The notes: generated by a model from the sequence alone, not told the origin. Shown: positions 29,402-43,537, counted from the first letter of the stretch. The stretch: DNA of 64,000 nt from the human T2T-CHM13v2.0 reference genome, Homo sapiens (GCF_009914755.1 NC_060936.1); one strand, 5' to 3'. Translations and numbers: made by a program.

Positions 29402-29727
29402 ATAGTTGTTCCTTGGCATCAACAGGAGATTGGCTCCAGGATCCCCAAGGACACCAAACTTTGTGGATGCTCAAGTCGCTTATGTAAAATGGAATAGTAT
29501 TTGCATATAACCATGTACATTCTCCCATATACTTTAAATAATCTGTAGATTAATTATAGTACCTAATACCAATGTAAATGCTATATATAAATAGTTGTTA
29601 TACTTTATAATTTTTCAAAATTTGTATTATTTTGTTGTTATTTTTTATCATTTTTTCTGAATATTTTTGATCTGCAGTTTGTTAAATTCTCAGATGCTGA
29701 ACCTGTGGATACAGAGGGTAGACTGTA
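29402..29727. mobile_element. MER2 (Tigger-family DNA transposon)
   Basis: GGATGCTCAAGTCGCTTATGTAAAATGG...GGATACAGAGGGTAGACTGTA. Confidence 0.75.
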
Positions 29728-30847
29728 CAAGTCTTTTTGATAAGTGGACACTTCACCAAACTGGTTGAGGGAGGGAGGGATATAGTAAAGAAAGGAAATG
29801 AGGTATATTTAATATAAATGTCCTGAAATCCTAGTGTATCTGTCAAGCACCACCTTAAACTACCTAGGACATCAGTTATGTCAGTAGGACTTTATAATAA
29901 AGATCAAACTCACACCCAGGAAATGCTTTTTAACAAACAAAGCCATCAGGTTCTATTTATAACTTTATCAGTTACTTTAAGTGAGATATTTTATGTCGAT
30001 TGCAGCTGGCAGCGTATGGAAGTACTAACTAACTAAATTTATGCCCCAAAATGTGTGATGTGAAATTAGGAAAAGTCAAGTACATTGTTATTTACTCATT
30101 AGCATCAAAGAGTTTAATTGAGACACATCAACATCTTTAGATTATTAGATACTTGACAATAAAGGTATAAAAATGTTCAATTCATTCATTTTGTAATTAT
30201 TTTCCCATTAAGTGCTTGGCATCTCTGCTTTATCTATGGCAAATGAATATGCATATAGACATAGCAAATAATCATGTTTTCAGTTATATGCCTGGCATCT
30301 AGCTAAAGTTTTTGATGGCAGGAAAAAAAGCCTCTATTATTTTTTATAAAAGACTCCACAAGGGACCTGGCACACTGTTCTGACATGAATAGGTATCAAG
30401 GAAGCTGGAGGGATTCTAGAATTGTCTGAATTTCCAGAGTGCTTGGATTCCCACCATCTTCAGCCAAAGCATCAGGAGAAGCTGCATTAAATAGGGCATC
30501 TCAGGCACTATCCTGGTCATAGAAGAGATAATTGGAGAAAAAGGGACAAACTAGAACCAGACATTTTCTAGAATAATTTTTCTGATAGGTTCCAGGAAGT
30601 ATAAAACCTTGTCTGGGATATTAGAATGTAAATCCTTTGAGAGGCAGGTCTTTGCTTTGTTTACTGCTTGGCACATAGTAAACTCTCCGTAAGTATTTTT
30701 CAAATTAATGAACACGTGAAAAAACCAACCTGTTCAACCAATAGATTTGGGACATGTAATAGACAAGCAAAATGTCAAGGTAAATATTTGAAAACACTAT
30801 GAAAGAAGTCTTCCACTTGGCTAGGGGAGAAAAGTTATTTTTACTAC

Positions 30848-30912
30848 CTCGAGCAGAAACCTGTCTCTCTGGTCATTAATAAATTCATGGACAGTCCTTT
30901 TTGTGTCGGAAC
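30848..30912 (-). CDS. CCDC38: CCDC38 exon 5, (G)SDTKRTVHEFINDQRDRFLLE
   Basis: ttcacAG|GTTCCG...CTCGAG|GTagta; 65 nt (cumulative 369); start of the CFAP100/CCDC38 DUF4200-type coiled coil. Confidence 0.92.
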
Positions 30913-31233
30913 CTGTGAAGAAAGTTGAAATAGACTTAAGTTTAGTTCATCATCCTTAAAAATGCTGTATAAAATAAAAGCCATATAATTAAATTATTCT
31001 ACAGTATGTATCTGATCTTTTAAAAATACTATATCTTCAAATAAACCTTTTCCTAGCCACTCAAACTAATTTAGTAATAGTAATTACAATTTATTTTATG
31101 TCTATCATATTCCAGAAACCTCATTAGCCACTTTAAGCACATCATTTAATCCTAACAACAACCTGAATAAGGTACTTACTACTATCCCCATCCTGTCTAT
31201 GAGGTCCTGAAGTGTAGAGCTGTCAAAATTCTT

Positions 31234-33243
31234 TTTTTTTTTTTTTCCAATCAAGATTTCTTTTTATTTATTTATTTATTTATTTGTTTGTTTTTTATTG
31301 ATCATTCTTGGGTGTTTCTCGCAGAGGGGGATTTGGCAGGGTCACAGGACAATAGTGGAGGGAAGGTCAGCAGATAAACAAGTGAACAAAGGTCTCTGGT
31401 TTTCCTAGGCAGAGGACCCTGCGGCCTTCCGCAGCGTTTGTGTCCCTGGGTACTTGAGATTAGGGAGTGGTGATGACTCTTAACGAGCATGCTGCCTTCA
31501 AGCGTCTGTTTAACAAAGCACATCTTGCACCGTCCTTAATCCATTTAACCCTGAGTGGACACAGCACATGTTTCAGAGAGCACAGGGTTGGGGGTAAGGT
31601 CACAGATCAACAGGATCCCAAGGCAGAAGAATTTTTCTTAGTACAGAACAAAATGAAAAGTCTCCCATGTCTACCTCTTTCTACACAGACACGGAAACCA
31701 TCCGATTTCTCAATCTTTTCCCCACCTTTCCCCCCTTTCTATTCCACAAAACTGCCATTGTCATCATGGCCCGTTCTCAATGAGCTGTTGGGTACACCTC
31801 CCAGACGGGGTGGTGGCCGGGCAGAGGGGCTCCTCACTTCCCAGTAGGGGCGGCCGGGCAGAGGCGCCCCTCACCTCCCGGACGGGGCGGCTGGCCGGGC
31901 AGGGGGCTGACCCCCCCACCTCCCTCCCGGATGGGGCGGCTGGCCGGGCGGGGGGCTGACCCCCCCCCCACCTCCCTCCCGGACGGGGCGGCTGGCCGGG
32001 CAGAGGGGCTCCTCACTTCCCAGTAGGGGCGGCCGGGCAGAGGCGCCCCTCACCTCCCGGACGAGGCGGCTGGCCAGGCGGGGGGCTGACACCCCCACCT
32101 CCCTCCCGGACGGGTGGCTGCCGGGCGGAGACGCTCCTCACTTCCCAGACGGGGTGGCTGCCGGGCAGAGGGGCTCCTCACTTCTCAGACGGGGCGGCTG
32201 CTGGGCGGAGGGGCTCCTCACTTCTCAGACAGGGCGGTTGCCAGGCAGAGGGTCTCCTCACTTCTCAGACGAGGTGGCCAGGCAGAGACGCTCCTCACAT
32301 CCCGGACGGGGCGACAGGGCAGAGGCGCTCCCCACATCTCAGACGATGGGTGGCCGGGCAGAGACGCTCCTCACTTCCTAGATGGGATGGCGGCCGGGAA
32401 GAGGTGCTTCTCACTTCCTAGATGGGATGGCGGCTGGGCAGAGATGCTCCTCACTTTCCAGACTGGGCAGCCAGGCAGAGGGGCTCCTCACATCCCAGAC
32501 GATGGGCGGCCAGGCAGAGACGCTCCTCACTTCCCAGACGGGGTGGCGGCCTTCCCAGATGGGGTGGCGGCTGGGCAGAGGCTGCAATCTCGGCACTTTG
32601 GGAGGCCAAGGCAGGCTGCTGGGAGGTGGATGTTGTAGGGAGCCGAGATCACGCCACTGCACTCCAGCCTGGGCACCATTGAGCACTGAGTGAAGGAGAC
32701 TCCGTCTGCAATCCCGGCACCTCGGGAGGCCGAGGCTGGCGGATCACTCGCGGTTAGGAGCTGGAGACCAGCCCGGCCAACACAGCGAAACCCCGTCTCC
32801 ACCCAAAAAATAGGAAAACCAGTCAGGCGTGGCGGCGCGCGCCTGCAATCGCAGGCACTCGGCAGGCTGAGGCAGGAGAATCAGGCAGGGAGGTTGCAGT
32901 GAGCTGAGATGGCAGCAGTACAGTCCAGCTTCAGAGGGAGACCGTGGAAAGAGGGGAGACGGAGAGGGAGAGGGAGAGGGAGAGGGAGAGGGAGAGGGAG
33001 AGGGAGAGGGAGAGGGAGAGGGAGAGGGAGAGGGAGAGGGAGAGGGAGAGGGAGAGGGAGAGGGAGAGGGAGAGGGAGAGGGAGAGGGAGAGGGAGAGGG
33101 AGAGGGAGAGGGAGAGGGAGAGGGAGAGGGAGAGGGAGAGGGAGAGGGAGAGGGAGAGGGAGAGGGAGAGGGAGAGGGAGAGGGAGAGGGAGAGGGAGAG
33201 GGAGAGGGAGAGGGAGAGGGAGAGGGAGAGGGAGAGGGAGAGG
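31234..33243 (-). mobile_element. Full-length SVA retrotransposon (SVA_D-like), sense to CCDC38, intron 4
   Basis: (CCCTCT)n 32961-33246, Alu-like ~32570-32950, GC-rich VNTR ~31800-32570, SINE-R ~31297-31800, A tail; 17-bp TSD GAGCTGTCAAAATTCTT at 31217-31233 and 33244-33260. Confidence 0.96.
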
Positions 33244-34860
33244 GAGCTGTCAAAATTCTTATCCAAGGTCACACAACTAACCTAAGCTTGTGCTGTACCA
33301 AGTAAGACTGAAGTATTTTAAATCTTAATGTTTGGCCAATCTACACATACCAAAGCTCTTAGGCAAAATCTTTTTTGGCTCATAAACCAAACTTCTGTCA
33401 GGAAAGGAAATGATGACAACTAGTTTTACCATCTAGCAATAGAAAATACCAAATGTTTCTTTTCAAGCTTTTTTCATTCTGGAAATTTATACATATGCTA
33501 CATTTCAATAATGTTTGCTTCATAAAAACCAACAGAATGTGGCATAAAATAAAATCTCTTGATAAGAATGTAACTGTAGCTAGCAGAAGAAAAGAAATAA
33601 CTAAAATCAGAGCAGAACTAAATGAAATTGAGACAAAAAAATAAAATCATACAAAGAATCAATGAAACAAAAAGTTGGTTCTTTGAAAGAAAAACAAGAT
33701 TGACAGACCACTAGCTAGATTAACAAAGAAAAAAGAGAGAAGATCCAAATAAGCACACTCAGAAATGACAAAGGTAACATTATAGCCAATCCCACAGAAA
33801 TACAAAAGATCCACAGAGACTATTATGAACACCTCTATGAAAACAAACTGGAAAATCTAGAGGAAATAGATAAATTCCTGGAAACACACAATCTCCCAAG
33901 ATTGAATCAGGAAGAAATTGTAACCCTGAACAGACTAATAATGAGTTCTGAAATTGAATCAGTAATAAAAAACCTACCAAACCAAATAAAGCCCTGGACC
34001 AGATGGATTCACAGCCGACTCCTACCAGAGGTACAAAGAAAGGCTAGTACCAATCCTACTGAAGTTATTACAAAAAAATCTAAGAGAAGGGATTCCTCCC
34101 TAACTCATCCTATGAATTTGGTATCATCCTGATATCAAAATCTGGCAAAGACACAACAAAAAAGAAAACTACAGGCCACTATCCTTGATGAACATAGACA
34201 TGAAAATCCTCAAAAAAACACTAGCAAACTGAATCCAACAACACATCAAAAAGCTAATTCACCACAATCAAGTGGGCTTTACTCCTAGAATACAAGGTTT
34301 GTTCAATATACACAAATCAATAAATGTGATTCACCACATAAACAGAATTAAACCCCAAAACCATAGGATCATCTTGATAGACCCAGAAAAAGCATTCAAT
34401 AAAATCCAACATCCCCTTATGATAAATACACTCAACAAACTAGGCATCGAAGGAACATACCTCAAAATACTAACAGCCATCTATGACAAACTCACAGCCA
34501 ACATCATACGGAACAGGTAAAAGTTAGAAGCATTTCCCCTAAGAACTGGAACAAGACAAGGATTTGCACTCTCAGCATTCCTAGTCAACATAATACTGGA
34601 AGTCTTAACCAGGGCAATCCAGCAAGAGAAAGAAACAAAAGCATCCAAATAGGAAAAGAGGAAGTCAAATTATCTGTCTTCACTGATGATATGGTTCGAT
34701 ACCTAAAAAACCCCAAAGACTCCACCAAAAGAGGCTTAGATCTGACAAACAACTTCAGCAAAGTTTCAGGATACAAAATCAATGTACAAAAATCAACAGC
34801 ATTTGTATACATCAATAACATTTGAGCTGAGAGCCAAATCAAGAATGCAATCCCATTTAC

Positions 34861-34863
<3 letters not shown>

Positions 34864-34894
<31 letters not shown>
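34864..34894. repeat. (CA)n microsatellite, about 15 units
   Basis: Directly visible. Confidence 0.95.
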
Positions 34895-34898
<4 letters not shown>

Positions 34899-35133
34899 AC
34901 CTATGGATATTTGTAAACAAAGAGGTGTAAGAACTCTACAATGAGAATTACAAAACACTGCTGAAAGAATTCATAGATGACACAAACAAATTGAAAAACA
35001 TTCCAGGCTCATGGATTGGAACAATCAATGTCATTAAAAATGTCCACACTTATGAAAGCAATTTACAGATTCAATGCTATTCCTATCAAACTACCAATGT
35101 CACTTTTCACAGAATTAGAAAAAAACTATTCTA

Positions 35134-35455
<322 letters not shown>

Positions 35456-36939
35456 AAAAATTACATGAAGCCAAAATAGAGCCCAAATAGCCAAAGCAAT
35501 CCTACGCAAAAAGAACGAAGTTGGACTCATCATATTACCTGATTTCAAACTATACTACAAGGCTACCGTAACAAAAACAGCATGGTACTGGTACAAAAAT
35601 AGACAGACCAATGGAACAAAATAGAAAACAGAGAAATAAAGCTGCACACATACAACCAACTGATTGTCAACAAAGATGACAAAAATAAAAAATGGGGAGA
35701 GGATCCCCTTTTCAATAAATGGTGCAGGGAAAACTGGCTAGCCATATGCAGAAGAATGAAACTAGATCCCTTCATCTTACCATATACAAAAATTAACTCA
35801 AGAGGGATTCAAGATTTAAATGTAAGACCTCCATCTATAAAAAGAAATCCCAAAAGAAAATCTGGGACATACTCTTCCAGACATTGGCCTAGGAAAAGTT
35901 CTCAAAACCAAATGCAACAAAAATAAAAATTGGCAATTCACACCTAATTTAACTAAAGAGCTTCTGCGCAGCAAAAAACACTATCAACAGACTAAACAGA
36001 CAACCTATAGCATAGGAGAAAATATTTGCAAGCTATGTATATTCGCAACCTTTGTCAAAGACAAAGGCCTAATATCCAGAATCTACAAGAAACTTAAACA
36101 AATTAACAAGAAAAAAACACATTGAAAAGTAGGCAAAAGAAGGCATACAAGTGACATCCGATAAACTGGAAAGAATGCCCGACATTGCCAATCATCAGAG
36201 AAATGCAAATCAAAATCACAATGAGATGCCGTCTCACACCAGTCAGAATGGCTATTATTAAAAAGTCAAAAAATAACAGATGACTAGGTTGCAGAGAAAA
36301 ATGGAATGCTTATACATTGTTGATGGGAATACACTGTTAATTCAGCCCCATGTGGAAAGCAGTTTGGAGGTTTTTCAAAGAACTAAAAATAGAACTATCA
36401 TCCAACCCAGCAATCCCATTACTGGGTACCTACCTCCCCAAAAATAAATTGTTCTGTCAAAAAGACACATGCACTTGTATGTTCATCACAGCAATGTTAA
36501 CCACAGCAAATACAGAGACTCAACCTAGATGCCCATCAACAGTGGACTGGCTAAAGAAAATGTGGTGCATGTATACCATGGAATACTATGCAGCCATAAA
36601 AAGAATAAAATAATGTCCTTTGCAGCAACATGGATAGAGCTGGAAGTCATTCTCCTAAGTGAATTAACACAGAAACAGAAAAGCAAATACTGCATGTTCT
36701 CACTTATAAGTGGGAGCTAAACATTGAGTACACATGGACAGAAAGATGGGAATAATAGACACTGAGGCCTCCTAAAGCAGGGAGGGAGGGAGAGGAGCAA
36801 GGGTTGAAAAACTTCCTATTGGGTACCATGTTCACTATTTTGGTGATGCAATCAATAGAAGCCCAAAGCTCAGCATCATTCAACATACCCTCATAACAAA
36901 CCTGCACATGTATCCCCTGAATCTAAAATTTAAGAATTT

Positions 36940-37335
36940 AAATACTCATCCCTACGTGGAAGCTAAAAAAGTTGACCTCATAGAAGTAGAGAGTAGAATA
37001 GTGGTCACTAGAAGCAGGGAAGGATGGGGGTGGGGGGATAGGAAGAGGTTGGTTAACAGACACACAAGTACAGCTAGACAGCAGGAAAAAGTTTGAGTGT
37101 GCTGTAGCGCTGTAAGGTGACTATAGTTAGCAATAGTTTGTTACATATTTTCAAATAGCTAGAAGAATGGATTTTGAATGTTCCCAACACAAATAAATGA
37201 TAAATGTTTGAGGTGATGAATATGCTCATTACTCCGATTTGATTATGGCACATTGTATACATGTATTGAAACATCACACCATACCCTATCAATATGTATG
37301 ATTATTATGGGGTCAATTAAAAATAGTAATAAAAG
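36940..37335 (+). mobile_element. L1MA-type 3' end fragment
   Basis: GAAGCTAAAAAAGTTGACCTCATAGAAGTAGAGAGTAGAATAGTGG...ATGTATGATTATTATG pattern typical of the L1MA 3'UTR. Confidence 0.7.
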
Positions 37336-37338
37336 CAG

Positions 37339-37630
37339 GGCCAGCAGCAGTGGCTCATGACTGTAATCCCAACACTTTGGGAGGCTGAGGTAGGTGGATC
37401 GCTTCAGCTCAGGAGTTTGAGACCAACCTGGACAACATGGCGAAGGCTTGTCTCTACAAAAATATACAAAAATTAGCCAGGCGTGGTCGTGTGTGCCTGT
37501 AGTCCCAGCTACTTGGGAGGGGAGGCTGAGGTGGGAGGATCCCTTGAGCCAGGAGGTCGAGGCTGTAGTGAGTCATGATCACACCAATGCATTCCAGCCT
37601 GGGTGACAAAGTGAGACCCTGTCTCAAAAG
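37339..37630 (+). mobile_element. AluJ
   Basis: Dimeric Alu, TSD TAATAAAAGCA. Confidence 0.85.
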
Positions 37631-38602
37631 TTAATAATAAAAGCAAAAAAAATGCAAATAGAAATAGAAAGGAAACAATATTTCCAAGTAACCTGTGAGC
37701 CTGTGCTGCCTAGGAGGCCCACATCTTCCTGGGTCACTTTTGACCTTCACCTCTTACTAGCTGTGGGAATATGAGTAAATTACCCTCTCTCCATGCCTCA
37801 GCTTCCTCATTTGTGAAATGAGGATATTGCCTGTGGCAGATTATGTTATTGTTCCCAAATATTTGCTGCCCCTCTCTGTGAGAGGATTCTCTTTCCCCAC
37901 TAAGTTGATGTCAAACTTGCCTATTGACAGATTCAGCCCAGGGAATGGGAATGGGATCGGATGGGATTTATGTTGCCTCCAGGAAGAAGCTTCGAGAACC
38001 ACTACCTGTTTCTCTCCTTTCTCCCTTTGCTATAACTCCAGCAACATCCTAGACAGGAAATATTCTTTCAGCAGAAGACCCAGAGAAAAGCACCCACATT
38101 GGAAAGTGAAGGATAATTAAACCTCTGTTATTGGAAGCCACTGAAATTTAGGAGTGATTTATTACCAAAGCATAAGTAAGCCCGGGTAGATACACTACTT
38201 TACTTTGTAATGGTGTTGTGAGAGGAAAATGATGCAATATATTACAAAAACACATAGTAACTTCTTAATAATTGTTACTGGCTATTATTTAAACAATACA
38301 ATTGGGATGAGTAATTATTTAATTTCTCAAGGTTAATAATGGCAACAATGATTATTATAATCATTAATAAATGTTAATTGGGAGGTAAAAGAAAGCAAGC
38401 TTTGGAATCAGACAGGCCTTGGCTTGAATTCTGCACCCACCGAGAACTTCGAATAAGTGACAGACTCCGTGAGCCACGTTCATCAGACACAACGAGGAGG
38501 CAAAAATATTTAACAATGTTTTGTTGATGATTAAATAAAATACATATGAAATCAGTCAGCATTTATCACACAGCTGTCTTTTTAATAGATTTTAAAACTT
38601 TA

Positions 38603-38905
38603 GGCTGGGAGTGGTGGCCCATGCCTGTAATCCCAGCACTTTGGGAGACCGAGGCAGGTGGATTACTTCAGGACAGGAGTTCGAGACCACCCTGGCCAAC
38701 ATGGCAAAACCTCGTCTCTACTAAAAATACAAAAAATTAGCCAGGTATAGTGGCATGTGCTTGTAGTCCCAGCTACTCGGAGGCTGGGGCACGAGAATTG
38801 CTTAAACCTTGGAGACAGATTTTGCAGTAAGCCAAGACTGCGCCACTGCACTCCAGCCCAGGTGACAGAGAAAGACTCCGTCTCAAAAACAAAACAAAAC
38901 AAAAC
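38603..38905 (+). mobile_element. AluS
   Basis: Dimeric Alu with (AAAAC)n tail. Confidence 0.88.
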
Positions 38906-40930
38906 AGAAATACTTTATATTATGGGAATCACTGACATTCATAAAAGTAAAGAGCCATATAATGTTCCCTGTGTACCTGTCACCTACTTCAACATTATCA
39001 ACATTTTACCAATCTTGTCTCATTTATTGCCACCCTCCTTAATGTCTCCGTCACTGGAGTATTTCAAAACAAATTCAAGCCTTTGTATCATTTCACCCAT
39101 AAATACTTTAATATGAAACTCTAGCAGATAAAAAGTTTTAAATCATAACCATAAAACCACCATCACCCCTAACAAAATGAACTATTCCTTAGTGTCGTTT
39201 TACACACAGTCTGCATTCAAATCTTCCCAGTTGTCTTAAAAATACCTTTTTGGAATTTTAAAAATTAAAATCTAAATATTTTATGGTAAGGATCCTAAAG
39301 TCTCTTTTAAATCTATAATAGCCACCCCCGCTCCTCACACCCTATACCCTACACACACTTTTTTTTTTCCCAAGCCATTCATTTGTTCAAGAAACGAGGT
39401 CAATTTCTCTGTAGAATTTCCCATATAATGGATCTGACATATTGTATCCTCATGGTGTTATCTAACATGGTCTTCAATCCTCATATTTATTTGATTAGAT
39501 TCAGGTTCAATTTACTCAAACATTTTTAATAGAAGAAAAGAATGAAAGTGCTTACTGTAGCTTTCATTTGATCATTTCTGATGGGTCAGCCAAATTGAAA
39601 ATAAACTTCAATATCCAAAAAAATCCTGTGCTGTCAACTTACTAAATCTTAGAGCCATATTCACCATTTCAGCTTACTTTGACATGGTACTCTCTGGCTG
39701 AGTTGATAGAATTTTATTCTTCAACTCTAAGTAGACTCGTTATAGTGAGTTTCCCATTTTGGCTATTCTAGCTATCAGGCAGATCTTTGAACCAAGAGGC
39801 CATGAATTAATAAAGCCCTCCCAAAGCATTAACATTCCTAGACCTGAGGGCACCTCCACCACTCTCTGGGGATGTAAAGACCAGCTTGAGAGATCTGAGG
39901 ACATAGAATACTGCAACAGAGAGTCCTGCAACTATCCCAGGTGTTGTGCTTTGAGAGCAAAACCAGAGTCAGGCTGCTCGCTGTGCGAAGATGGAAATGG
40001 CACTTCTCTCATGTAGGCAGACTGATCTGTCTCTGACACTTAGTTGTGCATGTGATTTCTTTGATGGGCACCGAGCAGTTTGCCACTTACTGCATACACA
40101 AAAAATTAAAGTCACCTAACCTCCCAGCGTGTGGTTGCTTGCTCATTTTGCTTTCATGTAGGTTTGTTTTCAATCAGGATTCAGGCAGGGGATGCAAGTT
40201 TGAGGAGTAAGGTTTTCACTCAAATCAGCTCCTGATTGGAAATACAGTCTGAGGGTGACTTCTATATTTTAAGTTAAAATGTCCAAATTGCTTATCTGTG
40301 CAATTGGCAGAAACTGACAATCTGGTTTCCATTGCTGACAGAGCCCAAATTGCCTTGGATAATGCCAAACAATTTTACTGTTTCCTTTTGAAGAGTTGAC
40401 CCTATGCCATTTACTTTGTTTTTCCTTTGTACCCAAAATTCATCCAAGACACCTACTTTTAAGAGACCGGTAACTTCTCTGTTAAATAGCAATGCTGTTG
40501 AATGGGGTCATCTGCAAAGCCATACTTCTGAGTTATTTAAGAACTGCTGGAGTGTCCTGGGTATTTTAAACCAGCCACTTGGTGTAGAACTCTTTCTAAA
40601 ACATATCACATGTAATTGTAAATGCTCTTGATGACCTAAGGTTTACCACTCTACGGAGGCGAACTATGAGGCATGTGATTGAACGTAGATATGCCCTAGA
40701 ACTTGTGGTACAGTCCCTGGCATCACCTTGCTGCCTATCATTTGCTGCTTTTACATACAATTATATATGCACTTGGAAGCTCTTCTGAATAAGTTAACAT
40801 GGCTTCCTTTTCCTACATTAATTATTGACTCCAAAGCCCTTCCCTAAGTGGTTTGCTTGTTCTCTGAAAAATTTTTTTACAGTTTGAGAAAGTGCATGGG
40901 CTTTGGGATCCAGAGAAAATTTTTTTAAGT

Positions 40931-40980
40931 TGCCTGCCTGCCTTCCTTCCTTCCTTCCTTCCTTCCTTCCTTCCTTCCTT
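40931..40980. repeat. (CCTG)/(CCTT)n tetranucleotide repeat
   Basis: Directly visible. Confidence 0.95.
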
Positions 40981-41689
40981 TTTTCCCTTCTTATTTTAAA
41001 CTTTTTAATTTAACAATTTGGAAAACATTCATTTTGGGGGAAGATTTTAGACTCCATCATCCTAGCATTAATCACTTTATTTTCATTAACTTCAAAGTAC
41101 TTTCTATCTCATCTATAGGCACTACTTGGTTTGACAAGTAGGATACCCCCTACTTGTCATTTTTGATAATCAGATTGCCTTCTTTTGTTGAGTAGTAATG
41201 ATCATCTTATAGTATTTTAATATGTTGCCTCCAAAGGTCACTAAAACCAGATTAGGTATTTGCAACATTAGGTAAGCTCATTTAATTTTATTAGCTTCCT
41301 CATTCTGGATGCATGAGTTCTTTGGCTTGGATATCAAGGCTTTTTTATCTTTAGAAACTTCTAAGTTTGACATCTAGAACTGAGTATGAATGGCCAGAGC
41401 TATTACCTTTACATTTTATCCGCTTTTGCAAACTTTAATACTACATTCTTTTGGCAGTAACTGTCCTCCTGGGAGGACGGTTATGAAAATGAGTAACAGT
41501 CATCTTGGAAAAGTATGTTTTCTTATTTAACATAGAATTTCTCCTAACTCTCAATCCCCATGTACTAAGACTCCCTACCATTATAAGAGAGCATACTGTC
41601 TGTTTTAATCACCCTCCAACAAAGCTCCCAAACCTGACATTAATAGTAAATATTCAAAATGATGTTCTTAAAGAGTAATTTAGACTCAC

Positions 41690-41855
41690 CTTCTATTAAT
41701 CTAGGAATCGGAGCAGGACCTGGCCCAAACTTTTCAAATGACCTACCACTCCTTTTAGGGTAGAAAGCTAGTTGGCTCAGGTATGAATGACTCTTCATTC
41801 TGGATGAAAAAGTAGTTTTCTGGTAGACTTTCATGTTACGGTTCATAAATTTTTC
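41690..41855 (-). CDS. CCDC38: CCDC38 exon 4, EKFMNRNMKVYQK...PIPRLIE(G)
   Basis: ggcAG|GAAAAA...GAAG|GTgagt; 166 nt (cumulative 304); overlaps ORF 41640..41846. Confidence 0.93.
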
Positions 41856-42151
41856 CTGCCCAAGTGGAAAAGTTGAAAAGAATTTTTAATATACCAAAGT
41901 ATGTTATCTTAAAATTAGTGATTATATATAAAAATAACATTTGCAACAAAAATCTTAACATTAAAAAAACAACCCCAGGTTCTTCTCTTTGAAGGAATGT
42001 GTGTTGTTTTAGTTTCCTTCTCATATGAAGCTGAGATCATTTAACTTTTATTAAATATGTACATCACAAATACAAGACTGGAAAATGTCCTCTCAGCTTC
42101 ATTTTCACAATTTAGTCTTGCTCAAAATGCAGTTAAAATTTGGAAATTCCG

Positions 42152-42444
42152 GGCTGGGTGCGGTAGCTCATGTCTGTAATCCTGGTGCTTTGGGAGTCCA
42201 AGGCGGGCAGATCACCTGAGGTCAGGAGTTCAAGACCAGCCTGATCAAGATGGAGAAACCCCTCTCTACTAAAAATACAAAAATTAGCCGGGCGTGGTGA
42301 CGGGTGCCTGTAGTCACAGCTACTCAGGAGGCTGAGGCACAAGAATCACTTGAACCTGGTGGTAAAGGTGGCAGTGAGCCGAGATCACACCACCGCACTC
42401 CAGCCTGGGTGACAGAGCAAGACTGTCAAAAAAAAAAAAAAAAA
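42152..42444 (+). mobile_element. AluS
   Basis: Dimeric Alu, TSD GGAAATTC. Confidence 0.9.
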
Positions 42445-43436
42445 GGAAATTCTAAGTGTTGGTTCTGTGGAATTAAAACTTGAGAGGAAAGGGATCTCCC
42501 CAGTAGATATTTAAAAATTAGGCTTGTGATTTCATTCATCTTCTCTCAATTTAATTTTAAGTATGTTCCACAAAACCATACAACACTTGCTGAGGAACCA
42601 TCGCATACAGATGAATCTGTTGTTGAGCATTTCTAGATAATTTCCTTATCTTAATTAGGGTAGACAAAGTCCTGTAATCAACTTTTACCTCTGGAAAGAA
42701 AGAAAGTAAATCTACTGAAATGTGAACCAGGCGATGTAGGTGTGATGACCACAGCAGTGGTGAGATTAACTCTGCAAGGCACAGTGGGAAAATCAGCCTT
42801 ATCATTGATCTAGCTTCATACCACAAAATTTGAAAACAACACCCCCTCCTCTACTTTCATCCCTTCTTCCTTCCCCAGCACACACATATGCATTGTCTTA
42901 TCCATATCTGATTCTTGAAGACCCACCTCCTTTTATCTCCTCACCACTAACAGCCTTTTTTCCATCTTCTCATCAACAAAGATGAACACCCCTTTCTCTA
43001 TATTTCTTTGGCACGCCTCTGTTACTGTATTTCCTCCACTCTGAGATGCCACTTATTGTAAGATGTGCTATTATTTTATGCAGGGCCAGTGATGTATGAC
43101 ATCCCATCTATGTAAGCTAGGTACCAATTTCAGAAATGTAAAAAATGTGGAGATGTGTGTGTTGGAATCAATGAAGGACAGTGTACCATACGTGTCCTAC
43201 TGGACTGCAGTGGTATATCTCTCTTCCTCCGTTAGGTGGCGATCTTTGTGCTGCCTACTGTCAGCTGGATGTTTTTCTGTCGTTTGTGTTCACACTGTCT
43301 CCCCATCATGGTGTGGGGCACACACCATCTGCGTCTAGTTGACTCCATGTCTCAGCCCAGCAAAGTTCATAAGAGCAATAGGTAAGTGGATATGATTCTA
43401 ACATTAATTGGGGTTGTGATTTTAATTAAACTTTAC

Positions 43437-43537
43437 CGTTTCCTTTGCTGCCATTTCATTTTCTTTGACAAGAAAGAGATCTCTGAAAAAGATCTTATAA
43501 GGCCTGTCCTCTTTGGTTGAGCCATCTTTTACTTTAC
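43437..43537 (-). CDS. CCDC38: CCDC38 exon 3, (G)KVKDGSTKEDRPYKIFFRDLFLVKENEMAAKET
   Basis: ttaacAG|GTAAAG...GAAACG|GTaaag; 101 nt, phase 1 to 0 (cumulative 138). Confidence 0.92.

Noticed and set aside
31302-32902. Cluster of GC-rich ORFs and CpG-island-like sequence
   Set aside because: All within the SVA SINE-R/VNTR/Alu-like domains; not a gene promoter
32744-33285. Poly-SP, -RG, -SL and -ER ORFs
   Set aside because: Translations of the SVA CCCTCT hexamer tract, not genes
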